Origin: an uncultured candidate division Zixibacteria bacterium
GTDB taxonomy: Bacteria; Zixibacteria; MSB-5A5; UBA10806; 4484-95
DNA: 64,000 bases
NCBI GenBank assembly: GCA_963668625.2
Contig: CAXXKA010000008.1
Span: 704,001 to 768,000, forward strand
Direction of reading: 5' to 3'
Shown: one piece after another, positions 19,712-30,536 of the stretch
Layout: every line of letters starts with the position of its first letter
How positions within the stretch are numbered: the stretch's first letter is position 1
Translations under genes and position numbers: made by a program
The notes under the pieces: model-generated
Told to the model about the DNA's origin: nothing
What the model saw: only the letters and a program-made list of their open reading frames with translations
The model's database searches: none

Positions 19712-20287
19712 TTGGATAAGAGATCCGAGATACTGGCTGCCGCTAAAGAGCTGATTGCGCGTTTTGGCCTGAAAAAGACTACTGCTGATGATATCGCGAA
19801 AAAAGCGAGAGTCTCTAAGGCAACGGTTTACCGGTATTTTAATAACAAGGATGAGATATTCAAAGAGATTTGTAAGCTGGAGGTCGATAGTATTTGGGAG
19901 ATGGTCGAAAAAGCAGTCCATCGGGAATCTACTATCAGGGACAAACTGAAAGCGCACTTAACGACGAAAATCGAGGCAGTGCATGAGCTGGTACGATACT
20001 ATGAAATCACTCCCGAACTTTGGAATGAGTATCTGCCGTATATCAGGCTCGTGCAGGATAGAATCGCAACCTGGGAAGTCACCATGTTGGCGGAGATACT
20101 TAAAGAGGGTAACATATCGGGTGAACTGGATGTCGATCGAATAGACACCATCGCTTACATAATGGTTACCTCATTGAAAGCCCTGGAAAACCCCTGGGTA
20201 CTGGGCAAGAGAAGTGTTCCGTTATCGGAGTATATAAGCACTATGCTGGATGCATTATTGTATGGAATCGCTAAGAGGAAAGTATGA
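19712..20287 (+). CDS. TetR/AcrR family regulator
   Basis: ILAAAKELIARFGLKKTTADDIAKKARVSKATVYRYFNNKDEIF. Confidence 0.9.
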   Translation: MDKRSEILAAAKELIARFGLKKTTADDIAKKARVSKATVYRYFNNKDEIFKEICKLEVDSIWEMVEKAVHRESTIRDKLKAHLTTKIEAVHELVRYYEITPELWNEYLPYIRLVQDRIATWEVTMLAEILKEGNISGELDVDRIDTIAYIMVTSLKALENPWVLGKRSVPLSEYISTMLDALLYGIAKRKV

Positions 20288-22137
20288 ATAATCAGGAAAA
20301 TAACAACGTATCGAAAAGCGCATTACCGGTTAGTCCTCACACCTTTCATATCCCTGTCATGGGCACCGGTTTTACTATCGATACGCCGCTCAAAGTAGCT
20401 AAATACGGGATATCCTCGGTGGTATCTCTGGGGGATGATAATTTAATAGAGCAAATGAGAAAATATCACTCCGAGCGTTTGGGGGAGTCTTATACCGAAA
20501 TCGGCGCGCATGATGATGATAGCCGGGCGCGTAGAATTACCGCATACCTCGATCTGCTGGATAAAATAGTCAAACGTCAAACCGATGATTTGAGAAATAC
20601 TCCGTTCGAGCCGGGCAGCGAGATAACACGGTATTTCACGATGTTGCCGGAATCGGAATTGAAAAAGCAATATCAGGCGATGCTTGACACACACGATCCG
20701 ACCGCACGGAAAATCAAACAGGATGACCTTCGCAGCAAAGTAGTACCGGGGAGTATCGATGTTAATATCATGTGCAGCGCCGATCGGGCACAATACCGTC
20801 ACGGCCAAAAACTCTCGCCGGAGTATTCGCTGGCTTGCTCGGCTCTTCGCGGTTTTGCCTTGAGCCGGGTGCGATCCTCGATCGTTCTTTCCGCCGGATT
20901 CAATCAGCGGCTGTACGGTTACCTGGCCGATTTCGATGGTTTTTTCCCCGATATTAATGGTGAGCTTTCCAAGAAAATTATCCTTAAGGTATCCGATTTC
21001 AGATCGGCGGCTATACAGGCGAAATACCTGGCTAAGCGCGGCTTGTGGGTATCTGAATTCAGAATAGAGTCCGGGCTTAACTGCGGTGGTCATGCATTCG
21101 CTACGAAAGGCCTTTTGCTGGGACCGATTTTACAGGAGTTCATCGATAAAAAAGAGGAGTTGTCGAATCTGCTTTCGGGATCGGTAATGAAAGTTTTAGC
21201 CGACAGGAAGTATGATAAAGCTGGTTTTCCGGGCGATATTTTGCTAACCGTGCAGGGGGGAATCGGTACCGCCGAGGAGAATGATATATTCCTGAAAATA
21301 TTTCGGGTCGATAGAACCGGTTGGGGGACGCCTTTCCTAATGGTACCCGAGGCGGTCAACATGGACCGAGAACATCTCGAGAAACTCAGCAAAGCCTCGG
21401 TTTTGGATGTCGGCCTGAGCGAGAATTCGCCGTTCGGTATCCCGTTCTGGAACCTTCGCACCTCCGCCAGCGAGCAAGCCCGCAACGAACGAATTAACCA
21501 GGGCAAACCGGGAAGCCCATGCGTGCAGGGTTATCTCAAGGGCAATACGGAGTTTACGGAAAATCCGATCTGCGTCGCCTCCCGTCAATACCAAAAAACG
21601 AAACTGGAGGACCTGGAGAAGCAAGGATACGGCCCGGCCGAGTTGAAATCGTTGAAAAATTCCGTGATGAGTAAAGCGTGTATTTGCTGCGATCTGGCCG
21701 GCAGCGCGACTCGCGTTAACGGCATAAATCCCAAGGCCAAGCCAGCGATATGCTGTGGCCCGAATATCGTGAATTTTTCTAAAATAGCTACTCTGGATGA
21801 GATCGTAAGCCATATTTACGGTCGTTTATCCCTGCTGACAAATCCCGAACGTCCTCATATTTTCGTTCAGGAGGCGAAACTATATTTCGAGCATCTCAGC
21901 AACGAGTTCGATAAATTCACCGATGGTTTGTCCCGTCAGAAATTAAAATATTTCGAGGATTTCAAGAGTAATCTTCTGGAGAGCATAGACTATTACCAGG
22001 GATTCGCGGAGAATCATCTGATTGGCAAGCTTAGAGAGCGATATGAGCGTGATTTGAAAGCAATGCAACAACTCCGTGAGCGCATAGAAGATATGAACAT
22101 ACTACCGACAGTTAATTTAAGTTTAGAGATGGGTTGA
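20284..22137 (+). CDS. conserved hypothetical protein, probable FMN TIM-barrel oxidoreductase (nitronate monooxygenase-like)
   Basis: FHIPVMG, IESGLNCGGH, VQGGIGT, GWGTPFL and a Cys-rich C-terminal part. 4-bp overlap with the TetR gene. Confidence 0.55.
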   Translation: MNNQENNNVSKSALPVSPHTFHIPVMGTGFTIDTPLKVAKYGISSVVSLGDDNLIEQMRKYHSERLGESYTEIGAHDDDSRARRITAYLDLLDKIVKRQTDDLRNTPFEPGSEITRYFTMLPESELKKQYQAMLDTHDPTARKIKQDDLRSKVVPGSIDVNIMCSADRAQYRHGQKLSPEYSLACSALRGFALSRVRSSIVLSAGFNQRLYGYLADFDGFFPDINGELSKKIILKVSDFRSAAIQAKYLAKRGLWVSEFRIESGLNCGGHAFATKGLLLGPILQEFIDKKEELSNLLSGSVMKVLADRKYDKAGFPGDILLTVQGGIGTAEENDIFLKIFRVDRTGWGTPFLMVPEAVNMDREHLEKLSKASVLDVGLSENSPFGIPFWNLRTSASEQARNERINQGKPGSPCVQGYLKGNTEFTENPICVASRQYQKTKLEDLEKQGYGPAELKSLKNSVMSKACICCDLAGSATRVNGINPKAKPAICCGPNIVNFSKIATLDEIVSHIYGRLSLLTNPERPHIFVQEAKLYFEHLSNEFDKFTDGLSRQKLKYFEDFKSNLLESIDYYQGFAENHLIGKLRERYERDLKAMQQLRERIEDMNILPTVNLSLEMG

Positions 22138-22336
22138 TCAAGTTACGCGTGGTACTATCTGATACCTATTATAGTTACTATACAGAGCTATTACCGCATT
22201 GGTATGTATTGGTACAAGCTTCAAACTGAGAATATCAGCCTGGTCAAAATGATGTTGACCAAATAGATCACTATAGAACAAATCACTATATTGCAGTTTC
22301 CTTGACTATCCCAGTCCTTATAGCTATAATTCCCGC

Positions 22337-23092
22337 ATGGCAGAAATCGAATTCTCAGAAGAGCTTATTGAGGTATTGCAATCGGCTAAAAGAGTGGTCG
22401 CTCTGACAGGGGCGGGCATATCCGCCGAATCGGGTATCCCTACGTTTCGCGGTAAGGATGGTTGGTGGCGCAATCACGATCCGATGACACTGGCCACGTT
22501 CGAGTCTTTTGATCGCGATCCGGTACTTGTCTGGGAGTGGTATCTTTACCGAAGGGATATCGTGCATAAGTCCCAACCTAATCCCGGTCATCACGCTTTA
22601 GCCGAAATGGCTGACTTGTTCGAGGATTTCACTCTTATTACCCAGAATGTCGATAGATTCCACATGGATGCCGGCTCGAAAGTGATTCATGAGCTTCACG
22701 GCAATATCCATCGCAACAGGTGCCTCGACTGTGGCCTGACAAACTACACCGAGACATTCGAGGAGCTTCCCCCGAAATGTCCCGAATGTGGCGGGCGGTT
22801 TCGTCCCGATGTTGTCTGGTTTGGCGAGATGTTACCGGCACAGGCGATGGAAAATTCCATGCGGGCGGCCAATAATTCCGAGTTATTCTTCACGATCGGC
22901 ACCTCCGGGGCGGTACAGCCGGCAGCCTCGTTACCCGTGATCGCCAAACGAAACAAAGCCTTTGTAGTGGAGGTCAATCTCGAACCGAGCGAGATATCGC
23001 ATATTTGCGATATCAAGTTTCACGATAAATCGGGTGAGATTTTACCGCAAATAATAGCGAAAATTAAAGAACTTAAAGGAATAGATAAATAG
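22337..23092 (+). CDS. cobB: NAD-dependent deacylase, sirtuin class III
   Basis: GAGISAESGIPTFRG, WY..RR, TQNVD, HG, two CxxC, RPDVVWFGE, GTS. Confidence 0.92.
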   Translation: MAEIEFSEELIEVLQSAKRVVALTGAGISAESGIPTFRGKDGWWRNHDPMTLATFESFDRDPVLVWEWYLYRRDIVHKSQPNPGHHALAEMADLFEDFTLITQNVDRFHMDAGSKVIHELHGNIHRNRCLDCGLTNYTETFEELPPKCPECGGRFRPDVVWFGEMLPAQAMENSMRAANNSELFFTIGTSGAVQPAASLPVIAKRNKAFVVEVNLEPSEISHICDIKFHDKSGEILPQIIAKIKELKGIDK

Positions 23093-23103
23093 AGGATAAT
23101 CAT

Positions 23104-23859
23104 ATGGACGATAAATTAAGACATCTACCGGCAAAAACCCGTAAACTGGCAAGTGACTTCGCCGAGCAATTGATCGAGAGCCTGGGCGGAAACCTGTATT
23201 GCTTCATGTTATTCGGCTCTGCCGCCCGAGCCTCCAAGCGTAATGGGGATGATTTCAAAGAGGGCGCCTCGGATATTAATACTCTTATTATTTTGGAGAG
23301 TGTCAGCACCAACGAGCTTAATATTATTCTGGAGATCGGCCGTAAGTTCAAAGGTCAGGGGCTGGCGATACCGCTGGTGTTCAAGCGCGGCCATATCCAC
23401 TCCTCGCTCGATACGTTCCCACTCGAATTTTCTGATATGAAACAAAATCACATAGTTCTTTACGGCGAGAACCCGCTTGAAGATGCGGAAATCGAGACAA
23501 AGAACCTGCGTCACCAATGCGAGGTCGAGTTTAAAGGCCAACTGGTTCAGCTTCGCCGCGGCTTCCTGGCCTCGGCCGGAGACCAGGAGATATTAACCGG
23601 ATTGATCTCCACCTCGGTAACATCGATTATTGCCGCCTGTCGTGGCATGGCGCTTATTGCGGGTAAAACTCCGCCGGATAATAAATCCGATTTGTTAAAG
23701 CTCGTCAATGATGATTACGATGTCGACACTATGCCGATCGATCAAGCCTGGCGTATGAAACACGGCGAAACCGGAGGCGCTACGGCTGCGTTGGAGGTGC
23801 TGTTCGATAAGTACCTGTTAACGATCGAGAAGCTGGCTGATGTAGTTGACCGGTTGTAA
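23104..23859 (+). CDS. nucleotidyltransferase-domain protein
   Basis: LFGSAAR...SDIN and DTFPLEFSDM...LRHQCE. Confidence 0.7.
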   Translation: MDDKLRHLPAKTRKLASDFAEQLIESLGGNLYCFMLFGSAARASKRNGDDFKEGASDINTLIILESVSTNELNIILEIGRKFKGQGLAIPLVFKRGHIHSSLDTFPLEFSDMKQNHIVLYGENPLEDAEIETKNLRHQCEVEFKGQLVQLRRGFLASAGDQEILTGLISTSVTSIIAACRGMALIAGKTPPDNKSDLLKLVNDDYDVDTMPIDQAWRMKHGETGGATAALEVLFDKYLLTIEKLADVVDRL

Positions 23860-23963
23860 ATAAATCCCACTCGGCGGTTGGATAACCTGTGGACAGAATT
23901 ATAAGCGCAAACAGCATGTTGATAATACGTGATTGGGTAAACTGATACGCCTGAAATATGCCG

Positions 23964-25187
23964 TTACTTCAGCCGATTACTTAATATCTTTTTAAATTCC
24001 GGGTGATGGATTTTCTCCAGCTTTATGCGTTCGCATTTATTGAATATCATCATCGCGTTTAAACTTTTCATGAACGACTCCAGGAATCTGTCATCCGGCT
24101 GGAAATCGTTTTCGAAATGAAGCTGTCGAATAATATATGTTTTTGTTTTCCTGTCCGCCTTGGAATCCATCCTGCCGATGAATTTGTCGCCGTACAAAAT
24201 CGGTTGTACGAAATAGCCGTACACTCTCTTAGGCGCGGGTACGTAGCATTCTATCGAATATTCGAAATCGAAAAGTTTCTTTACCCTGTCACGAAGGATC
24301 ACGAAATTATCGAAAGGCGAGAGGAATCTTACCCGAGATTTGCTAAGCCGTATTTTAGACAGGCTGTTCAGGTATTCCGGTTTGGTATAATATGACGAGT
24401 TCTCTATTCCCCGGATATCGATTCCGGTAATTTCGCCGGAGTCAAGCATCGAATTAAGCGCGGTCTTTATCGCCTCTCTGGAGGAGATAGCGAGGTGATC
24501 TACGATATCCTTCAACGAGGCTACACCATAAGCGTTGATCGCCCGCTCCACCGCGAAACGACCCAGCTCATCATCACCCGGCAAGCGTAAATCGATATCC
24601 TCGGGTAACACTCGTTCGGCAAGATCGTAAACCCGCTGGAATTTACGCCGCTCGGTAATCATCAACTTGCCCTGCCAGAAAAGCATCTCCAGCGCCACCT
24701 TGGTAGGCCGCCAGTCCCACCAGCCGCTTTTTTTCGCGCCTTCGGGCGGCTTGAAATCCTTGGAGCAAACCGGGCCCTCGTTGATTATCCGCTCGAGTAC
24801 GGCGGGCATCATATGGCCGTATTTCTCCAGACGCTGTTTCTCCCATTTATCGTGCGGATCGAGAAATTGTTTCATCCGGGGAAGGTAAAAACGGTAGTCT
24901 CTCATCGGTAAATACGAGGCGGCATGCCCCCAGTATTCGAACACCCGGCGGTCTACAGCCTGCAAATCGTGAAGCATACCCTCATCGTAGTCCGGGTTGC
25001 GGTTGTAGAGCGTGTGGTGATGCGCCCGTTCGATTACCGATATCGTATCGATTTGCACGTAGCCGAGATGCTCGATCGTTCGAGCGATTCCCTCCTTGCC
25101 TCTGGCAGGCTTACTTGCGCCTGTAGGCCACTGACGGTTTATCGCTAATTTTCGCGCTTGTTTCAAACTCAGACCGGGTACTGTCAT
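23964..25187 (-). CDS. YcaQ/AlkZ-like crosslink repair DNA glycosylase family protein
   Basis: VQIDTISVIERAHH, FEYWGH, FQRVYDL, LSPFDN, IECYVPAPKRVYGY. Confidence 0.88.
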   Translation of the reverse strand: MTVPGLSLKQARKLAINRQWPTGASKPARGKEGIARTIEHLGYVQIDTISVIERAHHHTLYNRNPDYDEGMLHDLQAVDRRVFEYWGHAASYLPMRDYRFYLPRMKQFLDPHDKWEKQRLEKYGHMMPAVLERIINEGPVCSKDFKPPEGAKKSGWWDWRPTKVALEMLFWQGKLMITERRKFQRVYDLAERVLPEDIDLRLPGDDELGRFAVERAINAYGVASLKDIVDHLAISSREAIKTALNSMLDSGEITGIDIRGIENSSYYTKPEYLNSLSKIRLSKSRVRFLSPFDNFVILRDRVKKLFDFEYSIECYVPAPKRVYGYFVQPILYGDKFIGRMDSKADRKTKTYIIRQLHFENDFQPDDRFLESFMKSLNAMMIFNKCERIKLEKIHHPEFKKILSNRLK

Positions 25188-25606
25188 GTAACGCCTTTCG
25201 ATTGCTAGCCTATAGTATCATGATTTGTCGGTGGTTTGTCAAGATCGTGGCCCTGAAATCCGTCCAGCCGGACCACTCTGGGAAGCAATCCGGCTGAAAC
25301 GTTCGGTTAGGCAAATTTGGGCTGAGGTATTTAGTTTAGCCTGCTTTTTATACGTAATCCTTACCTCCCGGTTTCATAAATTCTGATTTTAGTATCGGAT
25401 GGCTATATGACCGTACGATTCGACAGGCCATGCTCATCAGGGGCTTGACTGACACGGCTAATTCATTGTAAATAATCGTTGCTATCGAATGGCTAAATAC
25501 CCGGTCATCCGATTAAGTCGATTGAGGATTAGCCGGACCTGCTATCTGCGAGAGATATTTCATCACCGGGAGAAAAAAGACAATAACGATAATAACGAGG
25601 AGGAAT

Positions 25607-26023
25607 ATGATGGCGGAAAAAACATCGCGATATGTAATACTGATTCTCGTATCGGGCATATTGAATTGCCTGCTGGCGGTTGCTCATCAAGTGGTGGTGT
25701 ATTTTACCTACCTGGATTATCAGGCTCTGATAACGCCCGAGGCCGAACCGGTGCTGAAAGATTTCCTGCTATTTTCCATTGGAATAGGCGTGGTGTTGCT
25801 ATTCGTAGGATTGCTTACGATTTACTGCTACAGGGGAATAAAGCGCGGCCAGAGATGGGGTATCGTTATAGGCGGCGGTATCAGTGTATTTCTTCTGGTA
25901 GTATTTATTTTAATCACAGTGATAACCGGCGCCGATCAGCCGGTAGCGTACGTGCATTTACTGAATAGCTTACTGGTTGGCGTGCCGGTGATGTTGAACC
26001 GTGGGTTGCTTGTTTCAGAGTAG
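25607..26023 (+). CDS. hypothetical membrane protein
   Basis: GAGGAGG RBS; about four hydrophobic segments. Confidence 0.7.
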   Translation: MMAEKTSRYVILILVSGILNCLLAVAHQVVVYFTYLDYQALITPEAEPVLKDFLLFSIGIGVVLLFVGLLTIYCYRGIKRGQRWGIVIGGGISVFLLVVFILITVITGADQPVAYVHLLNSLLVGVPVMLNRGLLVSE

Positions 26024-26047
26024 CTCAGGAGCTGCGAGGCGATATAA
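26018..26047 (+). repeat. left direct repeat bounding an AT-rich insert
   Basis: GAGTAGCT-CAGGAGCT-GCGAGGCGATATAA; the 8-mer and the 14-mer recur at 28107-28134. Confidence 0.65.
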
Positions 26048-26082
26048 CTTTCATTTTAAAATAGGAGATACAATCTGCCGAA

Positions 26083-27783
26083 TTAATCGCCGATTCCCAT
26101 AAGCTTACGAAGCTCCAGAGTTACTCCCAATCTTTCTGAAGAAACAGGGATTTTTAGACGATTATCTTTTCCAACGCCTTCTGGCAAATTATCTGATGCT
26201 ATTAATTCAGAAATTATCTCAACATTAGGAAGAAAAACGCTCGCAAAGTGACTATGCTCAAGCAAATCCATTACTTCAGTTCCATCTACGCGTCCGCGCC
26301 GATTTGAGGCTTTTGCGTATGCAGCAGCCGATGCTACGGCCATAAAATAGCGCATCTCCATTATCGGTCCGCCAGGTTTAGCTATATTCACCCCCGAAAT
26401 GCTTTCTTTTGTATCTCGTCTTTTCGCCCACTCCATTAGCGAAATCCCGGCACAGAAGGCATCCCCACATGCGTTTGTGTCATAGATAGATGCCCTTGGT
26501 TTACTATAACGCCATACATAAACAATACTACCATCAAATTCAATTCCCAGACTGCCTCGATCACCTATTGTTACATAAATTCTGGGTTTTGCTACTTTCT
26601 CAAAATTAAATAGATTTCTAATCTCAATAGCGATTTTTGCGAATTTAACGATATTTGGCATATCGCCCGGATACTCTACGAAGGGTTTAACATCATTACA
26701 AAAGACCCTGGCAAATTCGTAGGCTTCTTTTTCATTAAATACTAATATGAAAGGCGGAAGATTATTATCATCGCTCTTGATGCAATCAAGAAAGATTTGA
26801 CGCATAGTTTTTGTCATCGCTAAAATGCCGACAACGTTTTTATCTTTACTGATGGCATTAAGGTAAATATCATAGCTGGCTTTAAACATTGCTTTATCAG
26901 CTAAAGAGTTAAATAAAAATACACCTATATCTTTTGTTTGCCCTTTTAGGAGTTTATATATTTTATCCTTATCATTACCATTTAGTCTTTCCTGTTTCCC
27001 TTTACAAACTATTTTATCATCCATCGATCTGGTTGAACTTCTTACGCGACTAAAAATAATATTTCTTCTAAAGCTAGGATCGTCAGGTCTGTAAAGTAGT
27101 GAGTTTACTGGTAATGAGGCCAAATACACTTCCAGAGAACGTAAAGGTGAATACTTCGATACTATTGATGCTATATCAGAAGCTAGCTCTTCGGTGATAG
27201 CCGGTTGTTCGCTCATGAGATCAGAAATAATAGAGTATAAGTTTTCATAAGACAGATTTTCAACTTTTGCGTTTTTTATTGCTTTATCCAATTCACTTTG
27301 AAGTTTTTTTATAAAAATATGCAGAGTTCGACTCATTGCAACATCAGTATATATGATAGGCAAAGTATTTGTATCTGGTATAAGCGATCTTAAAAAAGTA
27401 GTACAATTCAGCCCGCCGCCGCCCCATAACATATTTTCGCACGGTACAAAAAGGCCATCATCTGAGTTCCAAGCATCTTTTTTGACTTTTTGAACGGATC
27501 CTGACAATTGATACTTACCGCCAGGGATTAAGGGGTAGAAATCCTCGCTATCTTTATTAGGCCCTTTTGACGAGTCCCCAGTAGAAAACTGCATCTCGGT
27601 TTTAAATAGATCAAATCCAATTCTAGTGTAAATCCATAGCTTTTCATGAAGCTTCAAATTACCATCTAAGCGTATTTTATCAGGGATGTTTTCGTACTCA
27701 ATCGCTAACCTATCTAAATCAATCAAATCCAGAGTAATATCTTGGACCGCGTTGCCAAATACCCATATGTTTTTTTCCGACAA
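26083..27783 (-). CDS. long divergent PfkB/ribokinase-superfamily protein
   Basis: N-terminal VFGNAVQDI and WGGGGLN, FNEKEA, YVTIGDRGS, and the C-terminal signature DTNACGDAFCAG. TTG start with GGAGG RBS; AT-rich. Confidence 0.7.
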   Translation of the reverse strand: MSEKNIWVFGNAVQDITLDLIDLDRLAIEYENIPDKIRLDGNLKLHEKLWIYTRIGFDLFKTEMQFSTGDSSKGPNKDSEDFYPLIPGGKYQLSGSVQKVKKDAWNSDDGLFVPCENMLWGGGGLNCTTFLRSLIPDTNTLPIIYTDVAMSRTLHIFIKKLQSELDKAIKNAKVENLSYENLYSIISDLMSEQPAITEELASDIASIVSKYSPLRSLEVYLASLPVNSLLYRPDDPSFRRNIIFSRVRSSTRSMDDKIVCKGKQERLNGNDKDKIYKLLKGQTKDIGVFLFNSLADKAMFKASYDIYLNAISKDKNVVGILAMTKTMRQIFLDCIKSDDNNLPPFILVFNEKEAYEFARVFCNDVKPFVEYPGDMPNIVKFAKIAIEIRNLFNFEKVAKPRIYVTIGDRGSLGIEFDGSIVYVWRYSKPRASIYDTNACGDAFCAGISLMEWAKRRDTKESISGVNIAKPGGPIMEMRYFMAVASAAAYAKASNRRGRVDGTEVMDLLEHSHFASVFLPNVEIISELIASDNLPEGVGKDNRLKIPVSSERLGVTLELRKLMGIGD

Positions 27784-28106
27784 ATTTAACCTCCTTGCTA
27801 TAGACTAATAACTACTGAATAGACCTTAAACTAAGAGCACAGGAGCTAATTACATGTTAATTTGGAAAAGTTATAATAGTCATTTTACCCCTGTTGCTTA
27901 TGCTTTTCCACACAAAATACAATCTGCTGGAAAAACGATATAATTGATTGTTTATATATTAATTCTTTAGTCGCCTAATAGCAAGATAAATAATAGAAAT
28001 TTGCATTTATTATTTTATTATTCATTTATTGAAACTTTTTTATAATCTTTATCCAATAAATGATTCTTATGTGTAAATGAGCTAATTAGAATTTTATGGG
28101 GAAGTT

Positions 28107-28134
28107 GAGTAGCTAAACCCGCGAGGCGATATAA
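28107..28134 (+). repeat. right direct repeat bounding the AT-rich insert
   Basis: GAGTAGCT-AAACCC-GCGAGGCGATATAA. Confidence 0.65.
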
Positions 28135-28365
28135 AGCGCTCGAATCAGCAGCATTCACCCCACCCTATGTCGGGAGCTGGCTTCGCCATCCCTTCAGGAC
28201 AGGGCTCGCCGACCTACGCCCCGCCAAATGACATGAGCGGTGGTTGTGTATGTAAAGGCTCGTCCGATTTATCCTCCGAAATCAATTAATCACAACATTC
28301 ATAAATCCCCGCACACTAGCCTTGACTAACCTCATCCCCGCAACTATATTATCAAGTTCACGGAG

Positions 28366-28448
<83 letters not shown>

Positions 28449-28641
28449 TCTTAAAATATCTGTTGGCCGATGAAAACATCCGCTAACCACATATAGATTA
28501 ACACGGCTTAAAATAAGCCGTTGCCAATCAAGGAGATTGCCGCGATCACGCCGCCGCCTCAACCTGACGTTCAGGCTGTTAAAACGAGTTGGACGGGAAC
28601 GCAGCAGACCCTGTCAGTTGTTATTGTCTTAAGGAGAATCG

Positions 28642-29892
28642 ATGAAAGTTACTGTTAACACCGAGCCTAATTGCAGACGGATTTTAGATATCGAAGTACC
28701 TAACGAGGAAATCTCAGTCGAGATGGATCGCCTGGTGATGGAATACCGGGCCAAAGCCTCCATCCCCGGTTTCCGCAAAGGTAAAGCGCCCGTTGATGTC
28801 GTCCGGAAAAGATACATTGACAGCATCAAGATGGATGCTATGGAAAATCTGGTAAACAAAGCCTACGAGGAGGCGCTCGATCAGGAGAAAATCCACGCTA
28901 TCGAACAGCCGAAACTCTCCAATATCCAGTTTGAGGATGAAAAACCGCTAAGTTTCCGCGCCGAGGTTGAGGTGCTGCCGGAGTTCACGGTAGAGGGCTA
29001 TAAAGGTCTTAAAGCCGAGAAGAAAGTCAAGGAGACTACGGATAAAGATATTGATGACACGATCTCCCAGTTACAACGCCAGAACGCCGAATATCACCCG
29101 GTGGAACGCGCCTGTCATGGCGAGGACCTGGTCGTTGTCGACCTGGTCAAGAAATTCGACAAAATGGGCACTATCAAGGATGACAAGATGGATGGTGTCG
29201 AGGTCGATCTGGGCAGCGAGGGCGTGATAAAAGAGTTTCGCGATAGTCTTCGCGGCATGAGTATTGGCGAGATGAAGGATATCGAGATCAAGTATCCCGA
29301 TGATTATACTGAAAAACAATTGGCCGGCAACGAGGTAAAGTACACGGCGCTGGTTAAGGAAGTAAAAGAGATAAAACTCCCCGAGTTAAATGACGATTTC
29401 GCGAAAGATTTCACCCAGATTGAAACACTCGATAAGTTAAAAGAGCAAATCCGGGAAAATATCACCATGCAAAGCCAGATGGACGCCGAAAACGAGTTAA
29501 AGAGCGGTTTAATCACCCAAATAGTCGAAAAAAACCGTTTCGACGTACCCGAATCGATGGTGGACAGATATTTGAATGGTGTAACCGAAGATTTCAAGAA
29601 ACGTTATAAAGATGTCGATGAAGTAAAATTGAGGCAAAGTTATCGCCCGGTTGGCGAGGATACGATTCGTTGGCAGTTTATTTTCCGTAGAATTGCCGAT
29701 ATGGAGAATATGACGGTCACCGAGGAGGATCGCGCGGGTTGGGTGAAAGAGTTTGCCGCCAAGTACAACATGCCGGAGGACAAGGCTCGCGAGGCATTGG
29801 GCAAGGCCGGTAAATTTCAGGAGATCGATGAGAACCTTCTGGAGAGAAAAGTACTACAATTTATTATCGAGAATGCTGAAATCAGTCAATAA
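28642..29892 (+). CDS. tig: trigger factor
   Basis: IPGFRKGKAP signature and LPELNDDFAK; synteny with clpP-clpX. Confidence 0.95.
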   Translation: MKVTVNTEPNCRRILDIEVPNEEISVEMDRLVMEYRAKASIPGFRKGKAPVDVVRKRYIDSIKMDAMENLVNKAYEEALDQEKIHAIEQPKLSNIQFEDEKPLSFRAEVEVLPEFTVEGYKGLKAEKKVKETTDKDIDDTISQLQRQNAEYHPVERACHGEDLVVVDLVKKFDKMGTIKDDKMDGVEVDLGSEGVIKEFRDSLRGMSIGEMKDIEIKYPDDYTEKQLAGNEVKYTALVKEVKEIKLPELNDDFAKDFTQIETLDKLKEQIRENITMQSQMDAENELKSGLITQIVEKNRFDVPESMVDRYLNGVTEDFKKRYKDVDEVKLRQSYRPVGEDTIRWQFIFRRIADMENMTVTEEDRAGWVKEFAAKYNMPEDKAREALGKAGKFQEIDENLLERKVLQFIIENAEISQ

Positions 29893-29904
29893 CAAGGAGA
29901 GGAA

Positions 29905-30510
29905 ATGGAAGATCTGAAAATGCAAACACTCGTTCCGATGGTGGTCGAACAAACCGGCCGTGGTGAACGCGCTTATGATATCTATTCACGTCTGCTAAAA
30001 GATAGAATCGTTTTCATCGGTACTCCCATTGATGACAATATCGCCAACCTGGTAGTGGCCCAGCTTCTGTTTTTGGACGCCGAGGATCCGGGTAAGGATA
30101 TTTTCCTGTATGTCAATTCACCGGGTGGTTCGGTTTCCGCAGGTTTAGCGATTTACGATACCATGCAGTTCATCAAATCGGATGTCAACACGACCTGTGT
30201 CGGTCTGGCCGCATCCATGGGCGCGGTGCTTCTTTGCGCCGGTGAAACCGGTAAAAGAGCCGCATTGAAAAATTCCAGAATCCTGATTCATCAACCTTTA
30301 GGCGGTTTCCGGGGGCAGGCCTCCGATATAGAGATTCATGCCAACGAGATTCTTTACACGAAGAAGCAGCTTATCGGTATAATAGCTCATCACACCGGGC
30401 AAACCGATGAGAAGATTCTTCATGATAGCGATCGTGATTATTTCATGTCGGCCGAAGAGGCCAAGGATTATGGCCTGGTCGATGAGGTATTCGAACGTCG
30501 ACCCAAGTAA
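29905..30510 (+). CDS. clpP: ATP-dependent Clp protease proteolytic subunit
   Basis: [31 protein letters not shown]. Confidence 0.97.
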   Translation: MEDLKMQTLVPMVVEQTGRGERAYDIYSRLLKDRIVFIGTPIDDNIANLVVAQLLFLDAEDPGKDIFLYVNSPGGSVSAGLAIYDTMQFIKSDVNTTCVGLAASMGAVLLCAGETGKRAALKNSRILIHQPLGGFRGQASDIEIHANEILYTKKQLIGIIAHHTGQTDEKILHDSDRDYFMSAEEAKDYGLVDEVFERRPK

Positions 30511-30536
30511 GATTTAACGGAGTTGTACTGTAGTAA

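Noticed and set aside
22337-23859. Sirtuin plus nucleotidyltransferase as a defence or toxin-antitoxin pair
   Set aside because: The sirtuin is a canonical Zn-binding class III CobB with host-like composition, not a SIR2 NADase effector.
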